The notes beneath the pieces were generated by a model that saw nothing but the letters and a program-made list of their open reading frames with translations, had not been told where the DNA came from and did not search any database. From Laetmonice hystrix (taxonomy: Eukaryota), in assembly GCA_965235115.1 (NCBI GenBank), contig OZ249436.1, forward strand, positions 29,266,001 through 29,330,000: DNA of 64,000 bases, given 5' to 3'. Below are positions 38,385 to 50,983 of the stretch, piece by piece. A program made the position numbers and the translations under genes. Within the stretch, counting starts at the first letter, position 1, and each line of letters opens with the position of its first letter.

Positions 38385-41300
38385 GGAACTTGTCAAGACC
38401 CTCTGCTCGGGCAGCTGAGGGTCTGGATGATCAATCTTGACTGTCAGGTCTGTGGTCCTATCCACAGATAAGATGGAACAGAGAGCTCGTCAGGGAAGAG
38501 CCATCTATCTATAGGTCTAACGTCTTAAACATTGGCTTTAACGTCACCTAATGTTGACATTTTTGAAATTAGGTTTCTCAATTAAGAGCACGTTACAACA
38601 TGCAGGTCAGGGAAAGCCCAGTGTATCACATTACATGACGTCACACAGGGCGTCACACATGAATAGGCCTAGATATTCTTCTCTCAATTAAATATAGCCA
38701 AAAACGGACCCATGAACAGACACTTTGATGCGGCTGTCGCATCCGAGTGACCGCATGCGGTAACCGCATCACCAAAAACCGGACCATGGAAAGCCAGTCT
38801 TATGGAATTTCAGGCTTCTAGACAGACGGATCAATGCCTAAACATTACGGATTTACGGATTTTGCAGAACAGGCTACGGGGCGGGGTGGGGGGCAAGTGT
38901 AAGAATGCAATACAAAGTTTAAAAAAAACGCACCAGACTGCTCCCCCGATACGGCCCTGCGACAAGTCGAACTTGTCTGCTTGTCATAAACTCGTCATAA
39001 AACAGACGCATCCGCTATGTAAGGCCAGGTTCTGACTGACCAAAAGCCGCGAAACGGAAGTGATTAAACTCTAAGCACTTCCGCTTCCGTTCTGTTGGTC
39101 AGCGTTAACAGAGTGACCAACTTCTGCTTGGAGCGCGGCCGGGAGTGGCCAACATGCCCATGCGTATACAGACCGTGCAGGTTGACACTAACTTACACCC
39201 AGACTGAAAAGCGAGGACATTTAACCCTTGTATTTTAAAAGGGATTGATGAAAATATCTGTATCTTGCTGGAGAAATACTCGTTTGCGTCCATGTTTTCG
39301 ATGGGCCAATCACAATGCTCGCTTCGATTAGCCTTCACCAGGCTCTATATAGCCTCGATCCCATGACCCTTTTCTCAAAGGGCATCTACCTACATTGGAC
39401 CAGGCTACTACCTACAGAACAGGCGCGGATACAGGACTGCAAAGGGGGGGGGGGTGCCCTCAGCGCCAAATGCGCGAGGCGAACTTTCGGGGCTGGGCAC
39501 CTCCCTCAGAAAAATGTTTGAATTTAGAATCTCAGAAAAATGCTATTAAATTGTGACGGAATGCTTAACGTTTCTCAAAGCATTTAGGCCTAGTCTACCA
39601 ATAATTTTTGTCACTTCTCCAAAGGGGAGCATGCGCCCCTGCATCCCCTTGCCCTTGTATCTGCGCCTGCAAAAGTTAGCCAAGAAGGGCGCTTTGGGCC
39701 CAAGGGGGGGGGGGTCGACCTCTGGATCCGCGCCTAGAACAGAAGTGCACCCCCAACCTCCCTCTCAAAATTTTGATAGGCCTACTCATCGCTACTGCCA
39801 CCCCAGTCTGCCACCCCCTAGACTCTGATAATGATACTGATAGTCTATTCGCCCCATTTAGCCCAATAATTTTCAATTATACGTTGTGTGTCAAACAGAA
39901 GATATAGTTGGCCTATATAGGGGGTCTATCACTGTGTTTTGCACCCACAGGTGCTAGACTCTATCCAAAATCTATGGTTAGATAATTAACCAATTAACCA
40001 TGCCACTAAATGATGTTTTATGTGGGAGGAATTTTAGGGCAGAGACTGAGCTTTCTTTTCCTTTGTTTCAGAAACCCTGTCAGAGTGCCCAAACCAAGAA
40101 CCTGACAAGACGAATAGTGCCCGTGGTTGATATAAGCAAGTGACGAAGTTTTGACAAACCAAGTTAACGTTTTAGTTTTTGACAAGGCCTTGTCAATGAC
40201 GAGGCTAAACTTGCCCATATATGCACAAGCACTGGCACAAGGCATGCCTAGTTATTAAGACGAGCTTTTAACGGATTTTGACGGGTTTATGACAAGGACA
40301 TTGTCATTGGCCTTGTTAGTGACGAGGCTAAACCTGTCCATATATGCACAAGCACTGGCACTAGGCAAAACTATACCGTTGAACAACCTTTTGACGAGCC
40401 TATATTTTCAGTGCCCCAATGCACAGAGGACCACGTTTTCGTGCAAAAAGTATGCCTATACTCCCAAAAGGTCCACCTTTTCTACGATAATAGGTCTAGT
40501 CCACTTCTTCAAAAAGGTGTCCATGACCATCTAAATATAAATCCCCACCTTAAAAACATAGCTTAGTCACACCGTCAGTAAGTTTAAACCAGTAAGGATC
40601 TGTAATCGAGCACATAAGCCGTTTCTGGCTTCAGCCTGATATGTACCATTTGTGTGTAAGTTTTGAAAATGGAAAATAAAAATTATTTAGGCCTAAACCT
40701 TAAACCTTAAAACCTTATCTTATTTACTAGATCATTATACACATTAAATTCTGACGCATGACGCTCACATTATCCTCGCACAGAGACGTAAACTTTTAGG
40801 TGATCACCCATCACCCACGCCACCCGTGCGCTATACGATGTGATGTGCTTTATCCAGTTTTACATTGCCCATCCGCCTGGGTGATGGGTATGCCGTGATG
40901 CGGCTTTCGGTGCTGACTTAATTAGAGAAACACAATTTTCAATGACTCTATGCCTATACCCTAGTCGCATTATAAAGCGCCTTCAATCTTCCAAAGTCTG
41001 AACATGACATCTTACCTGTTTCGTTTCCACATCCCCCATTTGAAGTGGTGTAGTTTTCTATTACGGTGTGATTGCTGAAGAGTGACATCTTGTAAGTAAG
41101 CCGACGATACGTCAGTCGCAGACGACTGCTACAAGCCCTGTGGAGATGGGTGTGTGAGAAGTCCACGCACCTGGCATGACAGCTGAAGGCAGCGAGGCCG
41201 AGTCGGTCGGGGAGAGCGTTCAGCCATGGCTTTTTGGCAACCAGAACGTCCTGGTGCGTGACCATGCAGTCCGCGATCGTGACATGACATTGTTATTCAC

Positions 41301-42223
41301 CCTCCTCAAATTCGGTCTGATGATGTGAAAATTGAACACATCTGCGTATTTCAAACTGAGAGAAATCCTATCATTCAGACCTCGTCGCATGGTAAAACCC
41401 TGGGCCCGGTGTTGGGGGTTTACATTTTCACCCTGAGCAAGGGTGACCTGAGCAGAGACAAGGCTGTCCATTTGTCGCTATGTCGCATATTGGAGCGATA
41501 GCAACAACGCCAATGCGACAAGGAAAAAAACGGATCCACATATTGATTTGGGAACGGGTGTTTAAAGCGCGTCGGACCGTCCGCGACCGGCGACGGACCA
41601 AAAATAGCAGGCCCTATATACAACCAAGCGACGGACCTTGGGTGCGTCAAAGACTGGGTCGATTGTCCTATAATAATACATTGTAATCTATTCATTCACG
41701 CCTTCAAAACATAAAAGCGTTAAACACCAGCTACTCACTCACTTATACTCACTCAAAACATAAAAAGTCCTTCCTCAAAATGGTGTAGAAAAGCGTTTTG
41801 GGGTGTGTAGTTTTCAAAATGTTCTCGGGGAGGGCCTCCGACCCTGCTTTACTAAACATGTTGTAGCCTTCACTTTCGCTTCAACTCTCTTCCCCCCCCC
41901 CCAATAATAATTTGCTTCCGGCGCCCCTGGCCGTCCGACGCGCTTATTGAAAATATATACTCCCCAGGGCCTATGCGACGCATTTGATTTGGTGTTCCCC
42001 GCAGTGACCCATGAGTGAGTGAGTAGTTGGTGTTTAACGCCCAGTCAGCAGTATTTCAGCTATTTCAGGGCGAGAACAAGGTAACTAACTCAGTCGGTGA
42101 AATCCATTGGGTGATAATGAGATGATAGGAGGAAACCTGGCATCGGGGCGAACCCCTTCTCTTATCGATAGGTGCCAAGGGTTCTTTAACGTGCCCCTCC
42201 ACATAGACGTATCGTGACACGGC

Positions 42224-42785
42224 CGGTGTGATGTGGTAAAGTGACCCCGTGGTAAAGTGACCCGGGGGTCAATTTACCACGTGGTAAATCGACCCCCGGG
42301 TCACTTTACCACAGTGGAAAAGTGACCTCCCCTGTAGAAAAATGACCCAGGTTGAATAACATAGATATTAGGCATAACGTCTTTACATTGGAATCTATCG
42401 TCATTTTCCTGCTTCTTAGTATTTTTCAACAGTTTTGACACCTGTTCAGCAGTACTCACTTTCGCGACTTGCGCAAGTTTAAAAGGGCAAACCAGCAGAT
42501 ACGGGTGCTACTTGTACGCCCTTCGGTTAGGGTTAAGGTAAGTTTAGGGTTAGGTCTATTTGAATTAACACTATTTGCAAATTGCGCAGCTTGACAAATT
42601 GAGTACGACATGTGAACAAAAACATCCTTTTGTATCCTTTCCATAAATATAAAAAATAAACGGAACAAGAAATGTCTTAACTTTTCCTTGATGGTCAGAT
42701 TACCACAGGGAGGGTCACTTTTCCACTGTGGAAAAGTGACCCGGGGGTCAATTTACCACGGGGATCAGTTTTCGATGTGACACCG
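42224..42785. mobile_element. MITE (CGGTGT...ACACCG) nested in the SINE
   Basis: Interrupts the SINE core at GACACGGC/CTTTGATAA. Subterminal GTGGTAAAGTGACC inverted repeats. A 2-bp GC duplication is possible but the boundary is ambiguous. Confidence 0.75.
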
Positions 42786-42816
42786 GCCTTTGATAAAGCA
42801 GTCGGCAGCACTGCTA

Positions 42817-43017
42817 AAGCTGTATCCTCACTGGACGCGTGCGACGCGAGCGACGCGCGCATTTATTTTAGAAGTAATGGAAATGAATGGAGCCATCTGC
42901 ACTGGCCGCGCGCGACGCGCGCGACATTTTTTGTGACGCGCTCCATTCATTTCCATTACTTCTTTAAAAAAACGCGCGCGTCGCTCGTGTCGCACGCGTT
43001 CAGTGAGGATACAGCTT
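42817..43017. mobile_element. Palindromic 200-bp MITE with TA flanks, nested in the SINE
   Basis: TA|AAGCTGTATCCTCACTG...CAGTGAGGATACAGCTT|TA. Nearly the whole element is self-complementary. Confidence 0.85.
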
Positions 43018-44690
43018 TATGCAGGAAAGTCCGGCGCGGCCGCGGATCGAACCCACTGCGCCACCCCGGGCCCCCTCAGTGACCCATGAAATTCAAAGCA
43101 CTGTAACCAAACATTCAATCTCTCATGAGTAGGCCTAAGCGGAACGGAGAGAGTACCTTTTTGGGGCAAAAGTTGGCAGATTTGACCTCAATTGAACAGA
43201 TTATAGAAGTCTATACTTGGGTGTCTGTTTCCCCAACACTTCTGCCTCCTACTCTCAATTTGCAACCCCTGTCTTGCAAAATAGCTGCTAACATGGGTAG
43301 GGTTGGTTAATGGGGGGCAGAGGGGTAGAGGGCAGAGGGGGTGATTTGCCCGAAATTTCTGTCTGTTTTTTTTTCTGTTTGCTTTGCCCGGATTTCTCCC
43401 CATAGTTTTGCCCGAATTTATTGGGGGGGGGGGGGGGGGGGGCTGCCCCCTGCCTCCCGGGCCGTACGCCTATTGCTGCTAATTTGCTGGGGTTGATAAT
43501 TATTACATTATGAGTTATGGTCTACAGCCTGACGCGAAACCAAACAAAACGGTTATAACACTCTCCTGTACAAAACCTACAAACAACCATCACCAGAACA
43601 AACAGGAAAAACAGGTTGCGTAATGTTTATGTTGGGAATTAGGGCGTGCCGCGTGGGCTACTCTGTTTGAGAAGAGTTCACCATCGGGTTTCCATAATAG
43701 ATAGGGCAGTTGGGTAAATGGAGCGGGATTCATAATGCCCAAAGGCAAACATGGGGTGAAATATGCCGTATGGACAAAATAGACAAATACCTACTAAAAA
43801 CTTATTATAGGCTTACATTGTTCCCATTTGGCACCATTACAAAAGCCAGACCACTTCCTGCCCAAGGAGTGGGGCGAGACTGAAAGGCAGTGTAGCCAAT
43901 TCCGGCGAGGGTCTAGGGGCGGCCTATAGACTATAGGAAGAGGTATAAATCTGCCTAAAATAGATACGATTTTCTCATTTCCGTATTCTTTTTCGACTTT
44001 TCTTTTCAGAAAATGAAATTATTGGGAGGGGACCCCCCCCCCAGTCCCCTGCACCGATGTGCCTGTATAGAGCTAAATATTGTCAACATTTAAATAGGCT
44101 ACAGACGCTAAGTAAATATTCGTCCATGCCGTCCATCGACATGTCGGCCTAATCAATGGCGAGTGCATGTCAGGAGGAGGGGGTTGAGAAAAGCTTGAGG
44201 GCATTGGCCTGTAATCAGGTTTCAGCCATGCATGGCCGTGCCACATTATAGAGTGCGCTGTGTGGGACATGCCGCAAGTTTGGTGCACTTCTATTCCAAG
44301 TGTTACGTATAGGGCATTTATGACAGACCTATATCTATACACCCCCTATAGGCCCATGGCAGTAGCGGCCTTAGCGTGTACACAAGAAATAAACGCCGAC
44401 TTTTTTTGCCCCTATAGGCCAAATATATCTTTTTTTTTCGCTATGACCATTAATCGCACTTTTTTTCCATTTCGACTATAGGGGGCCTACTGTAGCCTAT
44501 ATTATTTTACATATGGAACAAAAAAAAACCCATAGCCCCTCCACCCACGTATCAAAATTATAGCCTCTATGCCTACCTGTGGGCCTAATAAAGCGTAGAT
44601 TCATAGGCTCCCTGGCGCCGCCACTGCGTATAGGAATCGAACGATACGACCCGGTGCAACACTTTGACTCGCGACGGTGCACGGGTGTTA

Positions 44691-45165
44691 AGGCCTGTGT
44701 CCACTTGAGCAGTATGCCGCGCGTCATAACGCCGCGTGATACGCGGCGGTAAAACGCCTAGTAAAAGAACAACAGATTCCAATGCAGGAGTGTCCACCTG
44801 AGCGTGGCAGCAAAAAAAAAAAAAAAAAACACGCACTCCCACCGCCGCGTGATACGCTCGGTAAAGAAAATCTATTTATTGCGCGGACCACGCCGCGTGT
44901 TTTGTAAAGAGTTGGCACTGAATTGCACCTGGCCATTCACCAAGATGTCTCGAAAGGCGGACGACCGAACAACTGAGTATCTGACCACAGAGGTGGAGAA
45001 AAACCCAGGCCTATATGATAAGATATGATGATCAGTGACCGTATGCGCCCGCAATTTCACGCCAAAGTGGACAAGCATCGCCGCCGCGTATTCCGCCGCG
45101 TGTTTCACTGTGCGTATCACGCGGCGTTAAGACGCGCAGCATACCGCTCAAGTGGACACAGGCCT
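44691..45165 (+). mobile_element. Harbinger-derived MITE retaining the start of a MADF/Myb-like ORF
   Basis: TIR AGGCCTGTGTCCACTTGAGC...GCTCAAGTGGACACAGGCCT with TTA/TAA flanks. Internal MSRKADDRTTEYLTTEVEKNPGLYDKI resembles the MADF helix-1 L..eV...P.LyD pattern. Confidence 0.75.
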
Positions 45166-48100
45166 TAAATGTCACCATTGAATGTAGGCCCCTAACAATG
45201 TAGCCTACATTGTAAAATTCAATGGTGACATTCACTGGATCGTAAAGGGGGTCCTCTCGTCAAAACATCATTTAATGATGTATGACAAAGTCCAGAGGCA
45301 AGATTATCCCCCTTCTTCGGTTCAAAACACACCAGTTTACAAATGCCAAAACATCTAAAACGTTTACCTATAGTTCTATAGTGTCGCTTTACGTTGAAAA
45401 TGAAACCGATCCAGGGGGCACAGCGGGCACGTGCCCCCCTTTAGCTTCACTAATCACGGCTATAGTGATAATAGCCTACTCATTTTTAATTAATGTTAAC
45501 AATGACGGTGTATCTCAGGGAAACCCCTAGCTATAAGCCTATGTATAGGCATAGATATCTATCCCTCTAGAACTCTCATTCAAGAGCATAAAGCAATTCG
45601 TGATTATTTGCATTACCAATTAAAGCCATATAATAGCGTAGCATGTAGGAACTTTTTTTTATTACTTCATGACTGCGAGTTATCAAAGGCGTGTACAAAC
45701 ATTAAATTTTGCGTGATTTGTAAGTAGGGACCTTAAATCTTGATGACAGGAATGACAGGAGGTAATGACAGGAGCACTGGCCCATTTAGTGACCAAGAAG
45801 CCTCATCTAGGCCTACCACTGTTAATTGAGTTTCAAAAAGTATCGTACTCCTAGTTTCACTATGGGCTACTCTTGCTAAAGTGATGGCCAAACACCTTAT
45901 GTCAGAAACAATTTCTAGGTTATTTCTAATGTGTGTATACATACCTCTGATTTACATCCATGTTCATTATAGACATTTACCAAAGCCAGCTACCAACTAT
46001 TCACTTTGTATATTCATTGTATATTCATTGTCTGCTACCAGCATCTTGATGGGACTTCGATGTAAGTGACGTAGGCTCTATAGGTTTCATGCATGGGGCG
46101 GCAGACTGGCTTAATTATATAAGGTTTCGGGGTAGTCGGCTGAGCTATTATGTGAGGGATAGTCCACGGCCTACGAATGGCTCCATCCAGGTTATGCCCG
46201 ACTTAGTCATCACGTTGGCAGTTTGAGAAATGAATGGCGAACACCCGTAAAATGATGGGTTCGTTGGTTCAGTTGAATATAGGCCATCTTTGACTCGTCC
46301 ATGTGGCCCCGACCTGCCATAGAAAGTCAAGTACCGTGACCGGTGTGACTGTTGCGGACCTAGTGGTGAGCTGGCCCGCGCAGCGCGCGGGCCAGTCCCA
46401 TCACTAGGTCCGGGTGCTGGCCCTAGTGGTGCGCTGGCCCGCGTGTTGCGCACCACTAGGGCAGCCCTAGTGAAGGGAGGTGCGACTCCGCTCTAACTTG
46501 CCCATTCCAGTAAATATGTTTTAGCTGTATCTTCCCTAGCACTCATTAGGGGAAGCAAAGATAATTGTACATATAGTTTGAACCTTCCAACACGTTTAAC
46601 TCCAATTTCAGGACCTCTTTTCCACATGCTTCATGTGTAAAGTTCTATGCAGCACCAGGGCCAGCCATCACTAGGGCCAGCACCTGGACCTAGTGGTGGG
46701 CTGGCCCTAGTGAAGGGAGAAGCGATCTTAAACATCCGGGATAAAAGGAATATATACCGTACTCGGGACCATTGCTGCAATGATCCAGCCCTTTTACCTC
46801 TATCTGTGTTGGATGGATCCCACCACGGCCTTTCACCATTCACCTAGAAATCATGGGCCGGTCCTTAATTATAATCTAGCGAATATTCCAACAGAACAAT
46901 TTTATTTTACGTTAAGACCTAGGATATGCAGATACAATTATTTATGTCTATAGACCTATTTATAATAGGCGTACACATACCCCTTTGTTTCATTTCAGGA
47001 CATAATATTCATTCTATACTATTGTAAATGATTGGTTCCTGTCAAGTCCCAGGCAGCGTAATATACTGACTGCCCCTCCACGGGCCTTGGTCAGAACCAT
47101 CTCTGGCGCGCAAATATATCCGATTCACAATACCTGATACATACCTAGGTAACTACATACGAAGTCCCGACCCGCACATTACTATATTGCCAGCGCACCA
47201 CGCGGGCCAGGCATCGGCCCTAGAGTGGCGCGCTGGCCCTAGTAATGCGAGAGTCGATTTAAGGGCGACTAAATGAACAAAATATAAAAATACAGTTATG
47301 TTCTTTCCCTGAAGTGTGTAGCTACATGCACTATTTCGTATACGCAGACATGCAAACAATATCATGCCACTCCGATTTTTATACCCCTTGTCAAACAAAG
47401 AGCTGTAGAAAAAGAGGCCACTTCAATAAGTTCATATCCCTTTCTCCACCCTTTCTCCATTCACAAACACAGTAGGCTCCAAATATTTGGCCCCTTTATC
47501 AAAACATATATCATTAAATATATCATAAACTGCACTGAAAACTTTTCACATATTCTTATCATCTCCCTTAGGATATACAAACACGGGACGAGGCGCCTTC
47601 ACAGCGCGAAGTATGGAACGAGATGCTGGCGCATGGATACGGCACGACACCGAAGGTGGAGTGCCGTATGTGTGCGCCAGCATGACCCTGATCCGACAGA
47701 GCATAGTTTGCAACCTGGCATGACTATTGTGCATGATATTTAACGTCATTATCAAAGTTTTGAGAACTATTAAATTACCAAACAAAGCTCGCTGTATTCA
47801 TAACTATCAGGAGTCTCGCTAAAACAAAGACATCGGCGGAGACCTTTGACGTGGGGAATAATTCTTGGTTCTTTTTTGTATAATGTCGTCGCGACAAATT
47901 TTGCTTGGTAAGCGCTGCTAGGTGGAAGAGTCACAAACTTTCAGGTTTTAATACTACTTTTGTTAATGATTTGAAATGGTCGTACGAAAAAGAATTATTG
48001 AATCTATTTATTAAATTTCATACTCAACAAAGGCCAAATATGTCTAGTTTCTTTTGCAATAATTTCCATGTGACTTGATTCATTATTGCCACCGCGAGCG

Positions 48101-48621
48101 AAAAGAATACCGGCTAGGCATATTCCATATTGCTGAACAGATGTCAAGTCGATCCTATATAGTTGAATAGTCTACAGTATAGGCCTATAGGCCTATATTT
48201 TCTGTCCGTTTTAGTAGCACTTATAGCGAAGTATAAATGTTCGGGTTTCAGGGTTCGGGTTAACATCATGGAGCTATAGAAAAAGAGGCCACTTCAATAA
48301 GTCATATCATTCTTTGAAAATGACTCGCTAGGCAACTGCAAAGCGCGGCGGCCAAAGGTGTCATTTTATTTGGTGGCTTCCTCAAAGACGTCAGGCATCG
48401 GCTGGAGACATGGGTGTGAACTTTGTCACTTAGCAGAAATATGAATGGTTGTTTAATTTCTTTGAGGATGCCACTACAGATATATGTAGACATAGCGCCT
48501 AATGTCGGCGGTGTAGCAAGAACGACTTCCCCGTTACCAGACCCCACACCTTGGCGTCGGAAGCCACTTTACGTGTGTCCTTTGCCCTGGCCTCCAGGCA
48601 GCGTCATGCACTAACCAGGCC

Positions 48622-48628
48622 TATATAA
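48622..48628 (+). promoter_or_regulatory. Candidate TATA box of the element's internal transcription unit
   Basis: CCTATATAAG with an initiator-like CATTCT ~30 bp downstream and an ATG at 48743. Confidence 0.5.
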
Positions 48629-48742
48629 GCGACAGAAGCCAGGGGTTCTTTCCACATTCTCTCTAGCTTGTTACTTGTAACAACTCTGAGCGAAACACTA
48701 TTGCATTCAACGCGATTTCTACTTGACCAATTCACATTGATA

Positions 48743-48917
48743 ATGATGGAGCAGTCTCACGGCAAAGGTGACGTTACGTCTACCTCATCAGATCGTCATC
48801 GACAAGTCATGAATGATTTGTGTCATCAGCAAATAGAGGCGCCCAATTCCATGGTCCTCTCCGACGCAAAATTCGACGCGATCGTTGACTATATACTTGA
48901 AAGATCCAAGTGACAAA
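48743..48917 (+). pseudogene. Frameshifted first exon of a Ginger/KRBA2/NOL4-like integrase-type transposase
   Basis: MMEQSHG...NSMVLSDAKFDAIVDY then, after a frameshift in a TATATA run, LKDPSDK|GTAAGT. Resembles the K(F/Y)..Iv..L..P N-terminal region of these proteins. No DDE core is present. Confidence 0.45.
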
Positions 48918-48968
48918 GTAAGTCGATGTACTCATTGCTGCTATGGTCATTCATTTACAGCAAGACTC

Positions 48969-50983
48969 CAGCATCTTCCTTGCCATCCTCCATCGACCAC
49001 CTTGACAACAGCATCTTTCTTGCCATCCTCCATCGACCACCTTGACAACAGCATCTTCCTTGCCATCCTCCATCGACCACCTTGACAACAGCATCTTTCT
49101 TGCCATCCTCCATCGACCACCTTGACAACAGCATCTTCCTTGCCATCCTCCATCGACCACCTTGACAACAGCATCTTCCTCGCCATCCTCCATCGACCAC
49201 CTTGACAACAGCATCTTCCTTGCCATCCTCCATCGACCACCTTGACAACAGCATCTTCCTCGCCATCTTCCATCGACCACCTTGACAACAGCATCTTCAT
49301 CGGCATCCTCCATCGACCACCTTGACAACAGCATCTTCCTCGCCATCCTCCACCTGGTGATCAGTTGGCATGTGTCGGGGTCCCCGCACATGTCAACTGA
49401 CCACCCTGACCATCTGCCTCGCCATCCTCCATCGACCACCTTGACAACAGCATCTTCCTTGGCATCCTCCATCGACCACCTTGACAACATTCTTCCTCGC
49501 CATCCTCCATCGACCACCTTGACAACAGCATCTTTCTCGCCATCCTCCATCGACCACCTTGACAACAGCATCTTCCTCGCCATCCTCCATCGACCCCCTT
49601 GACAACAGCATCTTCCTCGCCATCCTCCATCGACCACCTTGACAACAGCATCTTCCTCGCCATCCTCCATCGACCACCTTGACAACAGCATCTTCCTTGC
49701 CATTCTCCATCGACTACCTTGACAACAGCATCTTCCTCGCCATCCTCCATCGACCACCTTGACAACAGCATCTTCCTTGCCATCCTCCATCGACCACCTT
49801 GACAACAGCATCTTCCTCGCCATCTTCCACCTGATGATCAGTTGGCATGTGTCGGGGTCCCCGCACATGTCAGCTGACCACCCTGACCATCTGCCTCGCC
49901 ATCCTCCATCGACCACCTTGACAACAGCATCTTCCTTGCCATCCTCCATCGACCACCCTGACCAACAGCATCTTCCTCGCCATCCTCCATCGACCACCCT
50001 GACCAACAGCATCTTCCTCGCCATCCTCCATCGACCACCTTGACAACAGCATCTTCCTTGCCATCCTCCATCGACCCCCTTGACAACAGCATCTTCCTTG
50101 CCATCCTCCATCGACCACCTTGACAACAGCATCTTCCTTGCCATCCTCCATCGACCACCTTGACAACAGCATCTTCCTTGCCATCCTCCATCGACCACCT
50201 TGACAACAGCATCTTCCTTGCCATCCTCCATCGACCACCTTGACAACAGCATCTTCCTTGCCATCCTCCATCGACCACCTTGACAACAGCATCTTCCTTG
50301 CCATCCTCCACCGACCACCTTGACAACAGCATCTTCCTTGCCATCCTCCATCGACCACCTTGACAACAGCATCTTCCTTGCCATCCTCCATCGACCACCT
50401 TGACAACAGCATCTTCCTCGCCATCTTCCACCTGATGATCAGTTGGCATGTGTCGGGGTCCCCGCACATGTCACCTGACCACCCTGACCATCTGCCTCGC
50501 CATCCTCCACCGACCACCTTGACAACAGCATCTTCCTTGCCATCCTCCATCGACCACCCTGACCAACAGCATCTTCCTCGCCATCCTCCATCGACCACCC
50601 TGACCAACAGCATCTTCCTCGCCATCTTCCACCTGGTGATCAGTTGGCATGTGTCGGGGTCCCCGCACATGTCACCTGACCACCCTGACCATCTGCCTCG
50701 CCATCCTCCACCGACCACCTTGACAACAGCATCTTCCTTGCCATCCTCCATCGACCACCTTGACAACAGCATCTTCCTCGCCATCCTCCATCGACCACCT
50801 TGACAACAGCATCTTCCTTGCCATCCTCCATCGACCACCTTGACAACATCATCTTCCTTGCCATCCTCCATCGACCACCCTGACCAACAGCATCTTCCTC
50901 GCCATCCTCCATCGACCACCTTGACAACAGCATCTTCCTCGCCATCCTCCATCGACCACCTTGACAACAGCATCTTCCTCGCC
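48969..50983. repeat. 40-bp minisatellite with four interspersed hairpin-containing variant units
   Basis: Unit CTTGACAACAGCATCTTCCT(T/C)GCCATCCTCCATCGACCAC. Hairpin modules at 49356, 49833, 50434 and 50635. Confidence 0.97.

Larger units (their letters stand above)
42015..43076 (-). mobile_element. tRNA-derived SINE with Meta-like core and (ACTC)n tail, with two nested MITEs
   Basis: 13-bp TSD CAGTGACCCATGA (42002-14, 43077-89). Minus-strand A box TGGCGCAGTGG abuts B box GGTTCGATCC. Core GACTGCTTTATCAAAGGCCGTG...TAAAGAACCCTTG. Tail GGCGTTAAACACCAACTACTCACTCAC. Confidence 0.85.

Noticed and set aside
41189..41270. tRNA-like 5' sequence GCAGCGAGGCCGAGTCGGT
   Set aside because: No B box or cloverleaf could be built.
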